Below are positions 41,015-50,307 of a stretch of DNA of 64,000 bases, piece after piece. The position numbers were made by a program, and so were the translations under genes. The first letter of the stretch is position 1. Each line of letters starts with the position of its first letter. This stretch comes from Pseudomonadales bacterium (lineage in GTDB: Bacteria; Pseudomonadota; Gammaproteobacteria; Pseudomonadales; UBA3067). Location: positions 3,293-67,292 of the forward strand of contig JBECKY010000031.1 in assembly GCA_040235475.1 (NCBI GenBank), written 5' to 3'. The notes beneath the pieces were generated by a model. The model saw only the letters and a program-made list of their open reading frames with translations, did not search any database and had not been told where the DNA came from.

Positions 41015-42513
41015 TATTCTTGCCCTCTATTTTCAGAGCTGGAAATAACTTTTATTCGCGCCTGTACACCCTGCTCTCCGGCAACCGCAGAGCTGATATC
41101 CACAGTCAGGCCAGCATCTATCAAAGCTTGTTTATATTTTTCAAGCTCAAAAAAATCTTTTGCAAGCAAGTCAACGCGCAGATCACCGAGTTTATTATCA
41201 AAACTCATTCGCGCCAGGCTAATTGTGGCACTGTTTTTCTCTTGTATTTGCCTTAAGCCTTCACCAATATCGTATACCAGACGCATAAAATCATTATTGC
41301 CTGAACCTGCGGACATTTTCTGTAAATTGGTTTTGGTTTGCACTTTGACATTAACAATTCGTTTACTTTCTGGGAAATAATCACGATACAATTGGATAGA
41401 TGCCTGTTTGAAAGCATCAGCTTTGGATTGGTAATATATTTTTTGATAAACAGCACCACTTATCTGGATTACCAATAGCAGAGCCAGCAAGACAGCCGGG
41501 GGTTTCCAATTAAAATTAAACGACAGCCCTGAAGAATGCCGCCGGTACTGACCTTGACAAAAATTAATCAGCGGCTGGCCTGAGTTAGCAAGGTAATTGA
41601 GACAAAATGTTTCAAACACCGAATATTCTACGCATTGATATGTTGTCGAAAGACTGTTTTCTTGCAGTTGTGCTTGCCAGCTGTCAAAATCAAAGGCCTT
41701 GTAATTACCAGTTTGATAAGCCTGCTCGCTACTCTCAGCGCTAAAATTTTCGTTCAGCTGACTTTCATTGCTTTGATTTGTATTATTTTGAGTCTCAATA
41801 ATTTTGAGTTCCATATGCTGGGACTCTTTGCCTGCCGCCTGCATTGTGGTCTCAAGAAGGGCTCCCAACGCTGCCTGATTTATCACTATACCCTTATTAA
41901 ACGCTGTACGTATCCAGGCAGAAGGTTGACCCAGTAAAAGCGTCCACGTTGATTCCTCATAAGGCACAAGCAACAGATCGGTGGTAATAATATCCACAGC
42001 AATGCCGTGTTTATTCAGTTGCATCAGCCAATAATCCATCAAGCACTTTTCAATAACCGCTACGGGCACCTTATTCTCACCATCAGCGTTAGCGATACTA
42101 GCTTTCCCTATGGCATAAAAATTCTCTTCGATGTCGTTGGCAAGAACATCTTCCAGCATATAAGGAATAGCTTTAGCGATATGTTTTGACTGCTTGCTTG
42201 GCATGGGTACTTCTTTTAACAACACCTGGGAACCGGGAATCAGTGCGATAATGTTGGTTACGGTGCTTTCAGGGTATGTTCCAGTAATCTGGGGCAAGAG
42301 ATCCGTCAACTCGGCATGGCCCGTTACCCGAATTCTTTTTTGCCCCATATCCAGCAAAGCCCATTCCACCAGATGCCGTGAAGCAAGCGAGGCATTATCT
42401 CTTGGCTGATCATCATTTAGAGCATCAATAGCAGCTTCTATATTCTCGCCAGCATTTAAATGTGCCTGATCGGGATGAAGTTCGGGTAAATATATAATTA
42501 AGGTATCAGTCAC
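41014..42513 (-). CDS. gspL: Type II secretion system protein L (unusually long)
   Basis: 499 aa between gspK and gspM. Cytoplasmic actin-like N-domain, a single transmembrane helix (PPAVLLALLLVIQISGAVY) and a periplasmic C-domain. An Asn/Gln/Ser-rich insert lies before the transmembrane helix. Confidence 0.75.
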   Translation of the reverse strand: MTDTLIIYLPELHPDQAHLNAGENIEAAIDALNDDQPRDNASLASRHLVEWALLDMGQKRIRVTGHAELTDLLPQITGTYPESTVTNIIALIPGSQVLLKEVPMPSKQSKHIAKAIPYMLEDVLANDIEENFYAIGKASIANADGENKVPVAVIEKCLMDYWLMQLNKHGIAVDIITTDLLLVPYEESTWTLLLGQPSAWIRTAFNKGIVINQAALGALLETTMQAAGKESQHMELKIIETQNNTNQSNESQLNENFSAESSEQAYQTGNYKAFDFDSWQAQLQENSLSTTYQCVEYSVFETFCLNYLANSGQPLINFCQGQYRRHSSGLSFNFNWKPPAVLLALLLVIQISGAVYQKIYYQSKADAFKQASIQLYRDYFPESKRIVNVKVQTKTNLQKMSAGSGNNDFMRLVYDIGEGLRQIQEKNSATISLARMSFDNKLGDLRVDLLAKDFFELEKYKQALIDAGLTVDISSAVAGEQGVQARIKVISSSENRGQE

Positions 42514-42555
42514 GGGGTAAACTATCCGGCAAATTATCTGGTTTAGCTTTTGTAC

Positions 42556-43614
42556 TCATTGACTCGTCGTATCGGTATCGATACTGGTATTAGCGTTGGC
42601 AATATAACGATAGCTTTGGTTTCGGCTCAACACCCTTGGTTTCAAGTTATTATTCACAGCATTCCCCTCCTGGTTGCTTGCTGCAGCAATGGGCAAAAAT
42701 AAAATACTCTGCAGGTAACTCCGCCGCTCATTGATAATAGCCTGGGTGGTGATTCTAAAATACTGGCTGCGAAAGACTACTTGATTGCCACCCACGCCTT
42801 TGTCTGCTAATACCTCAGGCAAAACATCCAAAGGTGAATCTTCCCTTAAGCTCACTACCTCTTGGGCATCATCAACACTTATATTTGCTGCCAGTGTTCT
42901 GATTACTGCCACGGGGGCAGTATTCAAATTAATTTTGGCATCAACAGGCAAAACACTGACAAAAGGCTCAAGAGCGGAATAAGTATTATTATCAATACCT
43001 TTTATTAAACGCAGCTCAGTGATGTCCTGCAGCAGCGTATTACCCGTTCGGTATGGTATTTCTCTGAGTAAATAAAAGTCATCCTCCACGCCACCTACGC
43101 CCGTTGGCATCAGGTCTTTATCGAGCCAGTCTAACACAGACTCCGCTATAACTTTGATATCAGCATCACTGCCTAGATCAAGGGCATTGAGCAACAATTC
43201 AAATGAACTTGCTAAATTCCCGGGCGCAGCATTTCCCGAGCCAGCACCCTGGCTAAGGGCATTAATATTATAGTTGGCTTGTAAATCTTCTATGGTGATA
43301 GACAGCACCCCACCAGGAATAACAAAATCCGGCAAGGTCTGTTTTGGCAGGGTTAGCCAATCATCACTGTCGGCAAAGGCTTTTTCTAATACAGCCGCAA
43401 CAAAAGGTTCGGCACCGGTAGCGTAGGCAATACCTTGATCTAAAGACAGCATATTTCCAGTTCGGCGCACATCCAGCTGGGCGCGGGACACCATGTCCAA
43501 TGCAATCACACCGGCCATAACCACAATCAACAAAACCATGATTAAAGCCAGCCCGGATTGATGATCCTGCCCGTTTCTCAGCAACAAGTGCACTTTAAGC
43601 TTACTCATTGGCAC
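42556..43614 (-). CDS. gspK: Type II secretion minor pseudopilin K
   Basis: 352 aa with the hydrophobic N-terminus SGLALIMVLLIVVMAG (no Glu at +5, as expected for GspK). Position fits the operon order. Confidence 0.8.
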   Translation of the reverse strand: MPMSKLKVHLLLRNGQDHQSGLALIMVLLIVVMAGVIALDMVSRAQLDVRRTGNMLSLDQGIAYATGAEPFVAAVLEKAFADSDDWLTLPKQTLPDFVIPGGVLSITIEDLQANYNINALSQGAGSGNAAPGNLASSFELLLNALDLGSDADIKVIAESVLDWLDKDLMPTGVGGVEDDFYLLREIPYRTGNTLLQDITELRLIKGIDNNTYSALEPFVSVLPVDAKINLNTAPVAVIRTLAANISVDDAQEVVSLREDSPLDVLPEVLADKGVGGNQVVFRSQYFRITTQAIINERRSYLQSILFLPIAAASNQEGNAVNNNLKPRVLSRNQSYRYIANANTSIDTDTTSQ

Positions 43615-44257
43615 CGACCAAAGCCATTAAACGCTTTATTTCACCAAAGGGCTTGCTATTTATAGTAACCTCAATCACCGCGGGCAAATCCTGCTGCCGG
43701 TCTGGATCCAGGGGCGGCCATTCATTGGTCCACTGTTTGTCGAGGGGGTCGAAATAACGCAGAACAAAATCGTCTATATCAGCGAGCATGGTTGTATCAA
43801 CGGGTTCGGAATCCTGGGCGCGATCGAGCACATGCCAGTAACGTCGAATCAGCTTACCCTCTTCCATAAAGTAACTGACACGCTGCAATTCACTGCGAAT
43901 GTGTTTAGTTGGCAGCGGATTCCTCCATCCTGCACGGGTGAATTCTGCTCCTGCGGCATTACCCTTTAAAGCTGGTTGCCGGGTATCGAATTCATCCCTT
44001 ATGGAGCGCGGCACAAGCTGTTCAATATCACGCCGTAAAAATAACTGTGCCCGTTGCATGGCTGCTAAATGTGTCGATTTCAGACCCGTGACTTCACCCG
44101 TAGTGAGTACCGACGACAAAGTTACCGTGGTGAGAATAGCCAAGGCTGCAAAAATACCCAGGGCAAGCATTAACTCCAACAAGGTGAAACCCGCAACGCG
44201 ACGTATTATTTTACTTATAAAAATAGTTTCAATACTTTTGCCCACCTGATTACTCAC
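43601..44257 (-). CDS. gspJ: Type II secretion minor pseudopilin J
   Basis: 218 aa with the prepilin motif G/FTLLELMLALGIFA preceded by 23 aa (GTG start) or 19 aa (internal GTG). Confidence 0.8.
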   Translation of the reverse strand: MSNQVGKSIETIFISKIIRRVAGFTLLELMLALGIFAALAILTTVTLSSVLTTGEVTGLKSTHLAAMQRAQLFLRRDIEQLVPRSIRDEFDTRQPALKGNAAGAEFTRAGWRNPLPTKHIRSELQRVSYFMEEGKLIRRYWHVLDRAQDSEPVDTTMLADIDDFVLRYFDPLDKQWTNEWPPLDPDRQQDLPAVIEVTINSKPFGEIKRLMALVGANE

Positions 44258-44730
44258 TGCTTTAATAACGGCTCACCGATTAAACTGGTGATTCTTGCCA
44301 GGCTTGAAAAGTTTTCCAAGCTGTCAAACTTCTCAGGTTTTAATCCCACCGCAATTTCTACCTGCTTTACCTGGTCAAAATCAGTTTTTGTTATAGTGCT
44401 AACTATTTGCCAGTCGAGCCCGGCCATTTTAGCGTCGCTGTACTTCTCTCCTTGCGCGGGTATTGCTTCGAAATACTGAAACTCCACCAGCTTGTTCATG
44501 GCCACCCAATGAGCCAGGGTTTTATTTTCTAAATTGCGTAATTGATTCACTTGCGATGATTGGATATTGTACATGCCCGCCGTAACAATACCAGCAATGG
44601 CCAAAGCGATCATAACTTCCAGCAAAGTAAAGCCCCTGAGCTTAAATATTTGCTTAGTGTTTTTTTGGGAGGCAGGTTTAAGCCCAGACAGCCCACTAAC
44701 TTCAAGAGCAGAATCAAATTTAATCGTCAT
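44254..44730 (-). CDS. gspI: Type II secretion minor pseudopilin I
   Basis: 158 aa with the prepilin motif G/FTLLEVMIALAIAG preceded by 33 aa. No in-frame ATG, GTG or TTG lies closer to the motif. Confidence 0.8.
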   Translation of the reverse strand: MTIKFDSALEVSGLSGLKPASQKNTKQIFKLRGFTLLEVMIALAIAGIVTAGMYNIQSSQVNQLRNLENKTLAHWVAMNKLVEFQYFEAIPAQGEKYSDAKMAGLDWQIVSTITKTDFDQVKQVEIAVGLKPEKFDSLENFSSLARITSLIGEPLLKQ

Positions 44731-45352
44731 GGGGTGTTTTTAATTCCAGCTCACCGGTTTCGTAACCCAAGATAATATAAGGATCATCCTGGCTGCCTTG
44801 TTTATATATTTCAATTTTAAATTCAGTCAGCTCACCACTGGATAAAACCCAAATCGGCGGCGCTTTTATTTCACTATCACTTTCATCGACACTCGTACTT
44901 CCATCAAGCCCTGTTTGTGATGTGGCCTCAGCATTTTCGCTGCTATTGTCTGTTGTTTTTCGATTGGCTAAGGTTTGATCTATAGCCTGGCTTTCAAGCA
45001 CCATAAACAAGCCTTCTTTTAAGCGATAAGGTCGGTAAATACGCTGATCGTTAAGCACCGACCAGCTGGCGCTTTCATAATCAAATTTCAAAAAACGATA
45101 CCCATCGTCGAATACTTCAACACCGTATTCTGCACTTTGCATAACGGCCTCGTCTTCAAGCAGCCTTAACACCTGAAATAAGCGGTTTGCCTCGCGCTCC
45201 AGTTCGTGTTGCAAACTATCGGGTATTAAATACACGACTGCCGATGCAGCCGTAATCGCTATAATGGCTAAAACCAGTAACAACTCCACCAGGGTAAAAC
45301 CTTTTGCAGCCGATACAGCTTGGCGTTTTTGAACAGACAGCTTTAGCACCAT
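44720..45352 (-). CDS. gspH: Type II secretion minor pseudopilin H
   Basis: 210 aa with the prepilin motif G/FTLVELLLVLAIIA preceded by 18 aa. Confidence 0.8.
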   Translation of the reverse strand: MVLKLSVQKRQAVSAAKGFTLVELLLVLAIIAITAASAVVYLIPDSLQHELEREANRLFQVLRLLEDEAVMQSAEYGVEVFDDGYRFLKFDYESASWSVLNDQRIYRPYRLKEGLFMVLESQAIDQTLANRKTTDNSSENAEATSQTGLDGSTSVDESDSEIKAPPIWVLSSGELTEFKIEIYKQGSQDDPYIILGYETGELELKTPHDD

Positions 45353-45426
45353 AGCCCCGATAAAATTCCGTTAAAAATCTCGATAGAATATACTATCTGC
45401 AAGTAAACGTATTATACCGTCTCCAA

Positions 45427-45924
45427 TTAAAGATCTTCTGCAGAAATATCGGCGGCATAATCAGAGCCACCCTCAACCCCATCGGCGCCTAATGACAGCA
45501 AGTCATAGGGACCGTTAGCGCCGGGGCTTAAATACAGATAATCGTTTCCCCAGGGATCTTTGGGTATTTTTTGCAGATAACCCGCGCTATTCCAGTTTTT
45601 AGCCCCTTCAGGTTTATTAACCAGAGCTTCAAGTCCCTGATCTGTAGTTGGATACTGCTGATTATCCAGGCGGTAAGTTTCCAGAATATTTGCAATGTTG
45701 CGCAGGTTGGCTTGTGCCACGGTAACCCTGGCGGCCTCATCACGGCCTAAAAATCTTGGCGCAATAGCAGCAGCAAGCACGCCTAAAATAACTAAAACCA
45801 CCAGCAGCTCCAAAAGAGTAAAGCCAGTGTATTTATTAGCATTTTTATCAGCCCTGGCTTTTCTATTGGTAAAGGTTTTTTTAAATTCATGCTCAAAGGG
45901 CTGCAAAAAAAATTTTCCAAACAT
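45427..45924 (-). CDS. gspG: Type II secretion major pseudopilin G
   Basis: 165 aa with G/FTLLELLVVLVILGVLAA, YP.T.QGL.AL and PKDPWGNDY, typical of GspG. GAGGA lies upstream of the ATG. The leader before the cleavage Gly is 34 aa (28 aa if the TTG at codon 7 is used). Confidence 0.88.
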   Translation of the reverse strand: MFGKFFLQPFEHEFKKTFTNRKARADKNANKYTGFTLLELLVVLVILGVLAAAIAPRFLGRDEAARVTVAQANLRNIANILETYRLDNQQYPTTDQGLEALVNKPEGAKNWNSAGYLQKIPKDPWGNDYLYLSPGANGPYDLLSLGADGVEGGSDYAADISAEDL

Positions 45925-45938
45925 TATGTTTCCTCTAT

Positions 45939-45974
45939 TAATTAAAATGTAAATGGTAATTAAAATGTAAATGG
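45939..45974. repeat. Perfect 18-bp tandem duplication in the gspF-gspG intergenic spacer
   Basis: TAATTAAAATGTAAATGG occurs twice back to back (45939-45956 and 45957-45974), immediately upstream (minus-strand sense) of the gspG ribosome-binding site. Confidence 0.9.
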
Positions 45975-45992
45975 AGCCTGTCTTTTCTTAGC

Positions 45993-47213
45993 TTAACTGA
46001 CTAAATCATTCATACTCACAATGGGCAGCATAATAGCCAACACCATAAGTAATACCATCACGCCCATAATAACCAGAATCAGTGGCTCAAACAGGCTTAC
46101 AATGGTACTCACCAGCGATTCAAGATCCCTTTCCTGGCTTAGCGCTACCCTATCGAGCATGGTTTCGAGTTCACCACTGGCTTCACCGCTGGCAATCATC
46201 TGAATCATCATTGGGGAGAAGTAACCGCAAGGTTCAAGCGCCCTGTTCAAGCTGCTACCTTCGCGCATTTTAGTGGTTACATCCCTAACTGCTTCTTTTA
46301 TACATAAATTCGCCATCACCTGGGCTGCAATTTTCAAAGCTTCAACCAAAGGTACACCGCTGGATGCTAATATGCTAAGAGTACTGGCAAAGCGTGAGGT
46401 ATCTCCACCAATAACAATTTTATTATACAAAGGAACTTTCATTACAAAGCGATGAAACCTGAAACGGTTTTTTTCCAATTTCAGTGAATATCGAAAAGCA
46501 AACACGCTCAGTATCGCAAGGATAAAAATATAAACCCCCCAGGCTTTGGTAAACTCACTGGCGGCAATCAACCACTGGGTTAGTAAAGGCAAGGTTCCTC
46601 CGGAGTTTTCAAACGCCATAACCAGCTTCGGCACAATAAAACCCAGCATCCCAGCGACAATTAATATGGCAAAAATCAGCAAAATAACCGGATACAACAG
46701 GGCTTGCTGGACTTTTTGCTGAGTTGCGTGTCGACGTTCAGTAAAGTCTGCCAATTGCTCCAACACTTTATCCAAATGCCCCGATTCCTCTCCAGCAGCG
46801 ACCGTTGCCCGGTACAACTCAGGAAAAGACCGGGGGTATTCCGCCAGTGCAATGGCAAAGCTATGCCCTTCCAGTACGCGACTGCGTATCGCCAGAAGCA
46901 TACTTTTAACTTTTTGTTTTTCAGTTTGTCGAGCCACTGCCCCAACGGCTTCTTCAACAGCAAGTCCAGCCTGTATGAGTGTGGCCAATTGACGCGTGAT
47001 CAGGGAAAGGTCTTTGGCGCTGATTTTAGCGCCACCGGAAAAGATGCGTATTGAGGAGATCGATTTTTCTTTTTGCTTAGTAAGCTCTACGGTTAAAGGC
47101 ACCCAATTTTTTTCACGCAGTTTCTGGCGAATCTGACGTGGGCTATCGCCTTCCAAAACACCTTTTTTTTCACGGCCTTTTTCATTCAGCGCGCTGTATT
47201 CAAATGCCGGCAT
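45993..47213 (-). CDS. gspF: Type II secretion inner-membrane platform protein F
   Basis: 406 aa starting MPAFEYSALNEKGREKKG, with duplicated GspF-type cytoplasmic domains and three transmembrane helices. Confidence 0.92.
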   Translation of the reverse strand: MPAFEYSALNEKGREKKGVLEGDSPRQIRQKLREKNWVPLTVELTKQKEKSISSIRIFSGGAKISAKDLSLITRQLATLIQAGLAVEEAVGAVARQTEKQKVKSMLLAIRSRVLEGHSFAIALAEYPRSFPELYRATVAAGEESGHLDKVLEQLADFTERRHATQQKVQQALLYPVILLIFAILIVAGMLGFIVPKLVMAFENSGGTLPLLTQWLIAASEFTKAWGVYIFILAILSVFAFRYSLKLEKNRFRFHRFVMKVPLYNKIVIGGDTSRFASTLSILASSGVPLVEALKIAAQVMANLCIKEAVRDVTTKMREGSSLNRALEPCGYFSPMMIQMIASGEASGELETMLDRVALSQERDLESLVSTIVSLFEPLILVIMGVMVLLMVLAIMLPIVSMNDLVS

Positions 47214-47215
47214 AA

Positions 47216-48793
47216 TCAGCCCTCCCTGGTCACTCGCAGCACTTCTTCAACAGTGGTAATACCGTTGAGAATATTACGTGCGCCATCAGTTCGGATACCG
47301 GGACCACTTTCGCGGGCATGTTTTTCTAATTCATGCTCAGCTGCACCATTATGAATCAGCTGCCGCATGGTTTCATCCATAACAATAAGTTCATAAATGC
47401 CGGTTCGACCCTGATACCCCAAATGAATACAGGCTTGGCAACCTTTTGCGTGATACAGTGTCGGCGGCTTCTGTTTATCAAAACCAAATAATTCACATTC
47501 TTTTTCATCCGCCTGATAAGGTTCCCGGCAAGATTGACATAACACCCGAACCAGGCGTTGCGCTAACACACCCAATAAACTTGAAGACAACAAAAAAGGC
47601 TCAATGCCCATATCATGAAGCCGGGTAACAGAACCAACGGCGGTATTGGTGTGCAAAGTGGATAATACCAAGTGCCCCGTTAAACTCGCTTGCACCGCAA
47701 TGGCAGCGGTTTCCAAATCACGAATTTCGCCGACCATAACCACATCAGGGTCTTGTCGAAGTATGGCCCTTAAGCCGCGGGCAAAAGTCATTTCAGCCTT
47801 AGCATTCACTTGTGTTTGGCCGATACCGTCCAGCTTGTATTCAATGGGATCTTCTACGGTAAGAATATTACGGCTTTTATCATTCAGCTGGGTCAGGGCA
47901 GCGTAGAGGGTGGTGGTTTTTCCTGAACCCGTTGGTCCGGTGACCAGAATAATACCGTGGGGTTTATAAATAATATCTTTCAAGCATCGATAATCACGAT
48001 CAGACATGCCAAGATGGCGCAAATCCAGTCGGCCCGCTTGTTTATCCAATAGCCTTAGAACAACTCGTTCGCCGTTGCTCGAAGGCATGGTTGAAACCCG
48101 CACATCCACTTCATGACCGGCTAATTTTAGCGATATGCGTCCATCTTGCGGCACTCTCTTTTCGGCAATGTCCAGTTTCGACATGACTTTTATTCGCGAA
48201 ATCAGCAAAGGCGCCAATTCTCGGCGCGGCTCGACCACTTCCCTTAGCACACCATCAATACGCATCCGTACCACTAAACGGCGTTCAAAGGTTTCGATAT
48301 GAATATCTGAGGCATTTTTTTTAACCGCTTCGGTTAATAAAGCGTTAATCAGACGAATAATCGGCGCATCATCTTCCTGCTCCATTAAATCTTCTGTTTC
48401 AGGTAAGGCTTCAGCCAAGCTGGCCAAATCCAACTCATCACCCATACCTTCAACCATTTGCATGGCTTCACTGGAATGGCTTTGATAGATTTCGGTTAGC
48501 CTGCGCTCAAATTCGCTGTTCTCGACGCGAACAAAATCAACCGGCTGACCCAAAAATCGCCGCACTTCGGCCATGATTTCGAGACTCACACCAGGTTTAA
48601 GCAATACAGGCACACCACCAGAGTAGTCTCTTAATGCAGCATGGTCTTGGTTAACATTGCCTTGCTTAGGGTAGGCCCAATCAATCAGTACGCCATGGCG
48701 CCGGGCAAAAGAATAAGACAAGCTTTTATGATTGGCATATACGGCTTTCTGTTCATCGGGATTTAGCGGGGCACTGTGCAGTAATTCTTCCAC
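47216..48793 (-). CDS. gspE: Type II secretion ATPase E
   Basis: 525 aa with Walker [11 protein letters not shown], Asp and His boxes, Walker B, and the GspE-specific tetracysteine motif CQSC..(x)..CQAC. GTG start. Confidence 0.93.
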   Translation of the reverse strand: MEELLHSAPLNPDEQKAVYANHKSLSYSFARRHGVLIDWAYPKQGNVNQDHAALRDYSGGVPVLLKPGVSLEIMAEVRRFLGQPVDFVRVENSEFERRLTEIYQSHSSEAMQMVEGMGDELDLASLAEALPETEDLMEQEDDAPIIRLINALLTEAVKKNASDIHIETFERRLVVRMRIDGVLREVVEPRRELAPLLISRIKVMSKLDIAEKRVPQDGRISLKLAGHEVDVRVSTMPSSNGERVVLRLLDKQAGRLDLRHLGMSDRDYRCLKDIIYKPHGIILVTGPTGSGKTTTLYAALTQLNDKSRNILTVEDPIEYKLDGIGQTQVNAKAEMTFARGLRAILRQDPDVVMVGEIRDLETAAIAVQASLTGHLVLSTLHTNTAVGSVTRLHDMGIEPFLLSSSLLGVLAQRLVRVLCQSCREPYQADEKECELFGFDKQKPPTLYHAKGCQACIHLGYQGRTGIYELIVMDETMRQLIHNGAAEHELEKHARESGPGIRTDGARNILNGITTVEEVLRVTREG

Positions 48794-49113
48794 CTGACTT
48801 CTTCACCTTTTCTTAACAACTGGTTCATTACTTTACTTATTTTACGTATTCTATACCATGATCAAGGCACTGGCTTTAGTTGATGCAAGCTTAGTCGTAT
48901 TAGATTACATGCCTATTTGCCAAAACCTTGCGGACCGCTGCACATTAAGTACGCCTTTTCGGTGGGGCATTGCTTGTATTACTATACAATGTTCTCATTT
49001 AACCTATGCACGCAATTTGAACAAAGTCTCACTCTTAAAGGTATGACTGCATTCATTGCTTTCATAAGATAAAATGGCAACTTAAAAATTCAACTTGGAT
49101 AGCTTGAAAACCT

Positions 49114-49141
49114 CTGGTTAATTCGACAGACAATTAACCAG
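49114..49141. promoter_or_regulatory. Perfect 10-bp inverted repeat upstream of galE (operator or 5' UTR stem-loop)
   Basis: CTGGTTAATT-cgacagac-AATTAACCAG, ending 52 nt before the galE ATG at 49194. Confidence 0.4.
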
Positions 49142-49193
49142 AAGCCTCAAACAATCATTTTCTACTGACAACAACAACCTCAAGGAGCTGTTA

Positions 49194-50183
49194 ATGGCTG
49201 TAAATAGCATACTCGTCACTGGTGGAGCGGGATATATCGGTAGTCATGTTGTCAGACAGCTAGGCGAACGCGGTGAAAACCTAGTCATTCTCGATGATAT
49301 CTCAAGCGGTGTTCCAGAAGCCGTGCTCTACGGCGAGCTGATCGAAGGTAATACCGGCGATCAGGCCCTGGTAAGCGAGATTTTGAAAAAATACCAGGTT
49401 GAAAGCGTACTGCACTTTGCCGCCCACACCATTGTGCCAGAGTCAGTTGAGAATCCACTTAAATATTATCAAAACAATACCGCCAATACCCGCAACCTGC
49501 TCGAGTGTTGTCAAAACGCAGGAGTGAAGCACTTTATTTTTTCCTCCACCGCAGCTGTTTATGGGAATCTGGAAGGCGGTGTTGCCACTGAAGATACACC
49601 CACAAAACCTATCAACCCCTACGGAAGCTCAAAACTGATGTCTGAGTGGATGCTCAAAGACCTTTCCGCCGCCAGCAATTTACGCCATGTTACCCTGCGC
49701 TATTTTAATGTTGCTGGCTCTGAACCTGAAGGCAGAATTGGTCAAAATACACCCAATGCGACACTGCTCATAAAAGTTGCAGCAGAAGTGGCTGTTGGCA
49801 AACGCCCGGAAATTTTTGTTTATGGCACTGATTATGACACCCCTGACGGCACAGGGGTTCGTGATTATATTCACGTTGAAGACTTAGCCAGCGCTCACCT
49901 GAAAGCCTTGGACTATTTAAGACAAGGAGGCCAATCACGTACATTTAACTGCGGCTATGGTCATGGCTTTAGTGTGCGAGAAGTGCTTGACGCTGTTCAA
50001 CGCGTAAATGGCAAGCCAATAAATATTGTTGAAAAACCCAGGCGCGCCGGAGATCCACCATCTTTAGTTGCAAACTCCACCGCCATTCAAAATGAATTAC
50101 AGTGGCAGCCGCAATATGACAACCTGGATACCATTGTCAGCACGTCCATTAATTGGGAAAAAAAATTATTAGGAAAAAAATGA
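49194..50183 (+). CDS. galE: UDP-glucose 4-epimerase
   Basis: 329 aa with VTGGAGYIGSH and the catalytic PYGSSKLMSE (YxxxK), an extended-SDR layout typical of GalE. AAGGAG lies upstream of the ATG. Confidence 0.88.
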   Translation: MAVNSILVTGGAGYIGSHVVRQLGERGENLVILDDISSGVPEAVLYGELIEGNTGDQALVSEILKKYQVESVLHFAAHTIVPESVENPLKYYQNNTANTRNLLECCQNAGVKHFIFSSTAAVYGNLEGGVATEDTPTKPINPYGSSKLMSEWMLKDLSAASNLRHVTLRYFNVAGSEPEGRIGQNTPNATLLIKVAAEVAVGKRPEIFVYGTDYDTPDGTGVRDYIHVEDLASAHLKALDYLRQGGQSRTFNCGYGHGFSVREVLDAVQRVNGKPINIVEKPRRAGDPPSLVANSTAIQNELQWQPQYDNLDTIVSTSINWEKKLLGKK

Positions 50184-50307
50184 GCATACGTTTTAACTAA
50201 ATGAATCTGAATACTGTCATAAAAATGTCACAAAAATATCTAACAATCGACTTAATAAATACAAACCCGGTTCTATTTGCACACTTGATAAAAAAGTTGA
50301 GTAGTCA

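Noticed and set aside
48858-49046. 62-aa plus-strand ORF in the gspE-galE intergenic region, considered as a possible missing gspC or a small regulator
   Set aside because: It has no ribosome-binding site, no transmembrane segment or PDZ-like sequence, and a Cys/Leu-rich composition typical of random AT-rich ORFs.
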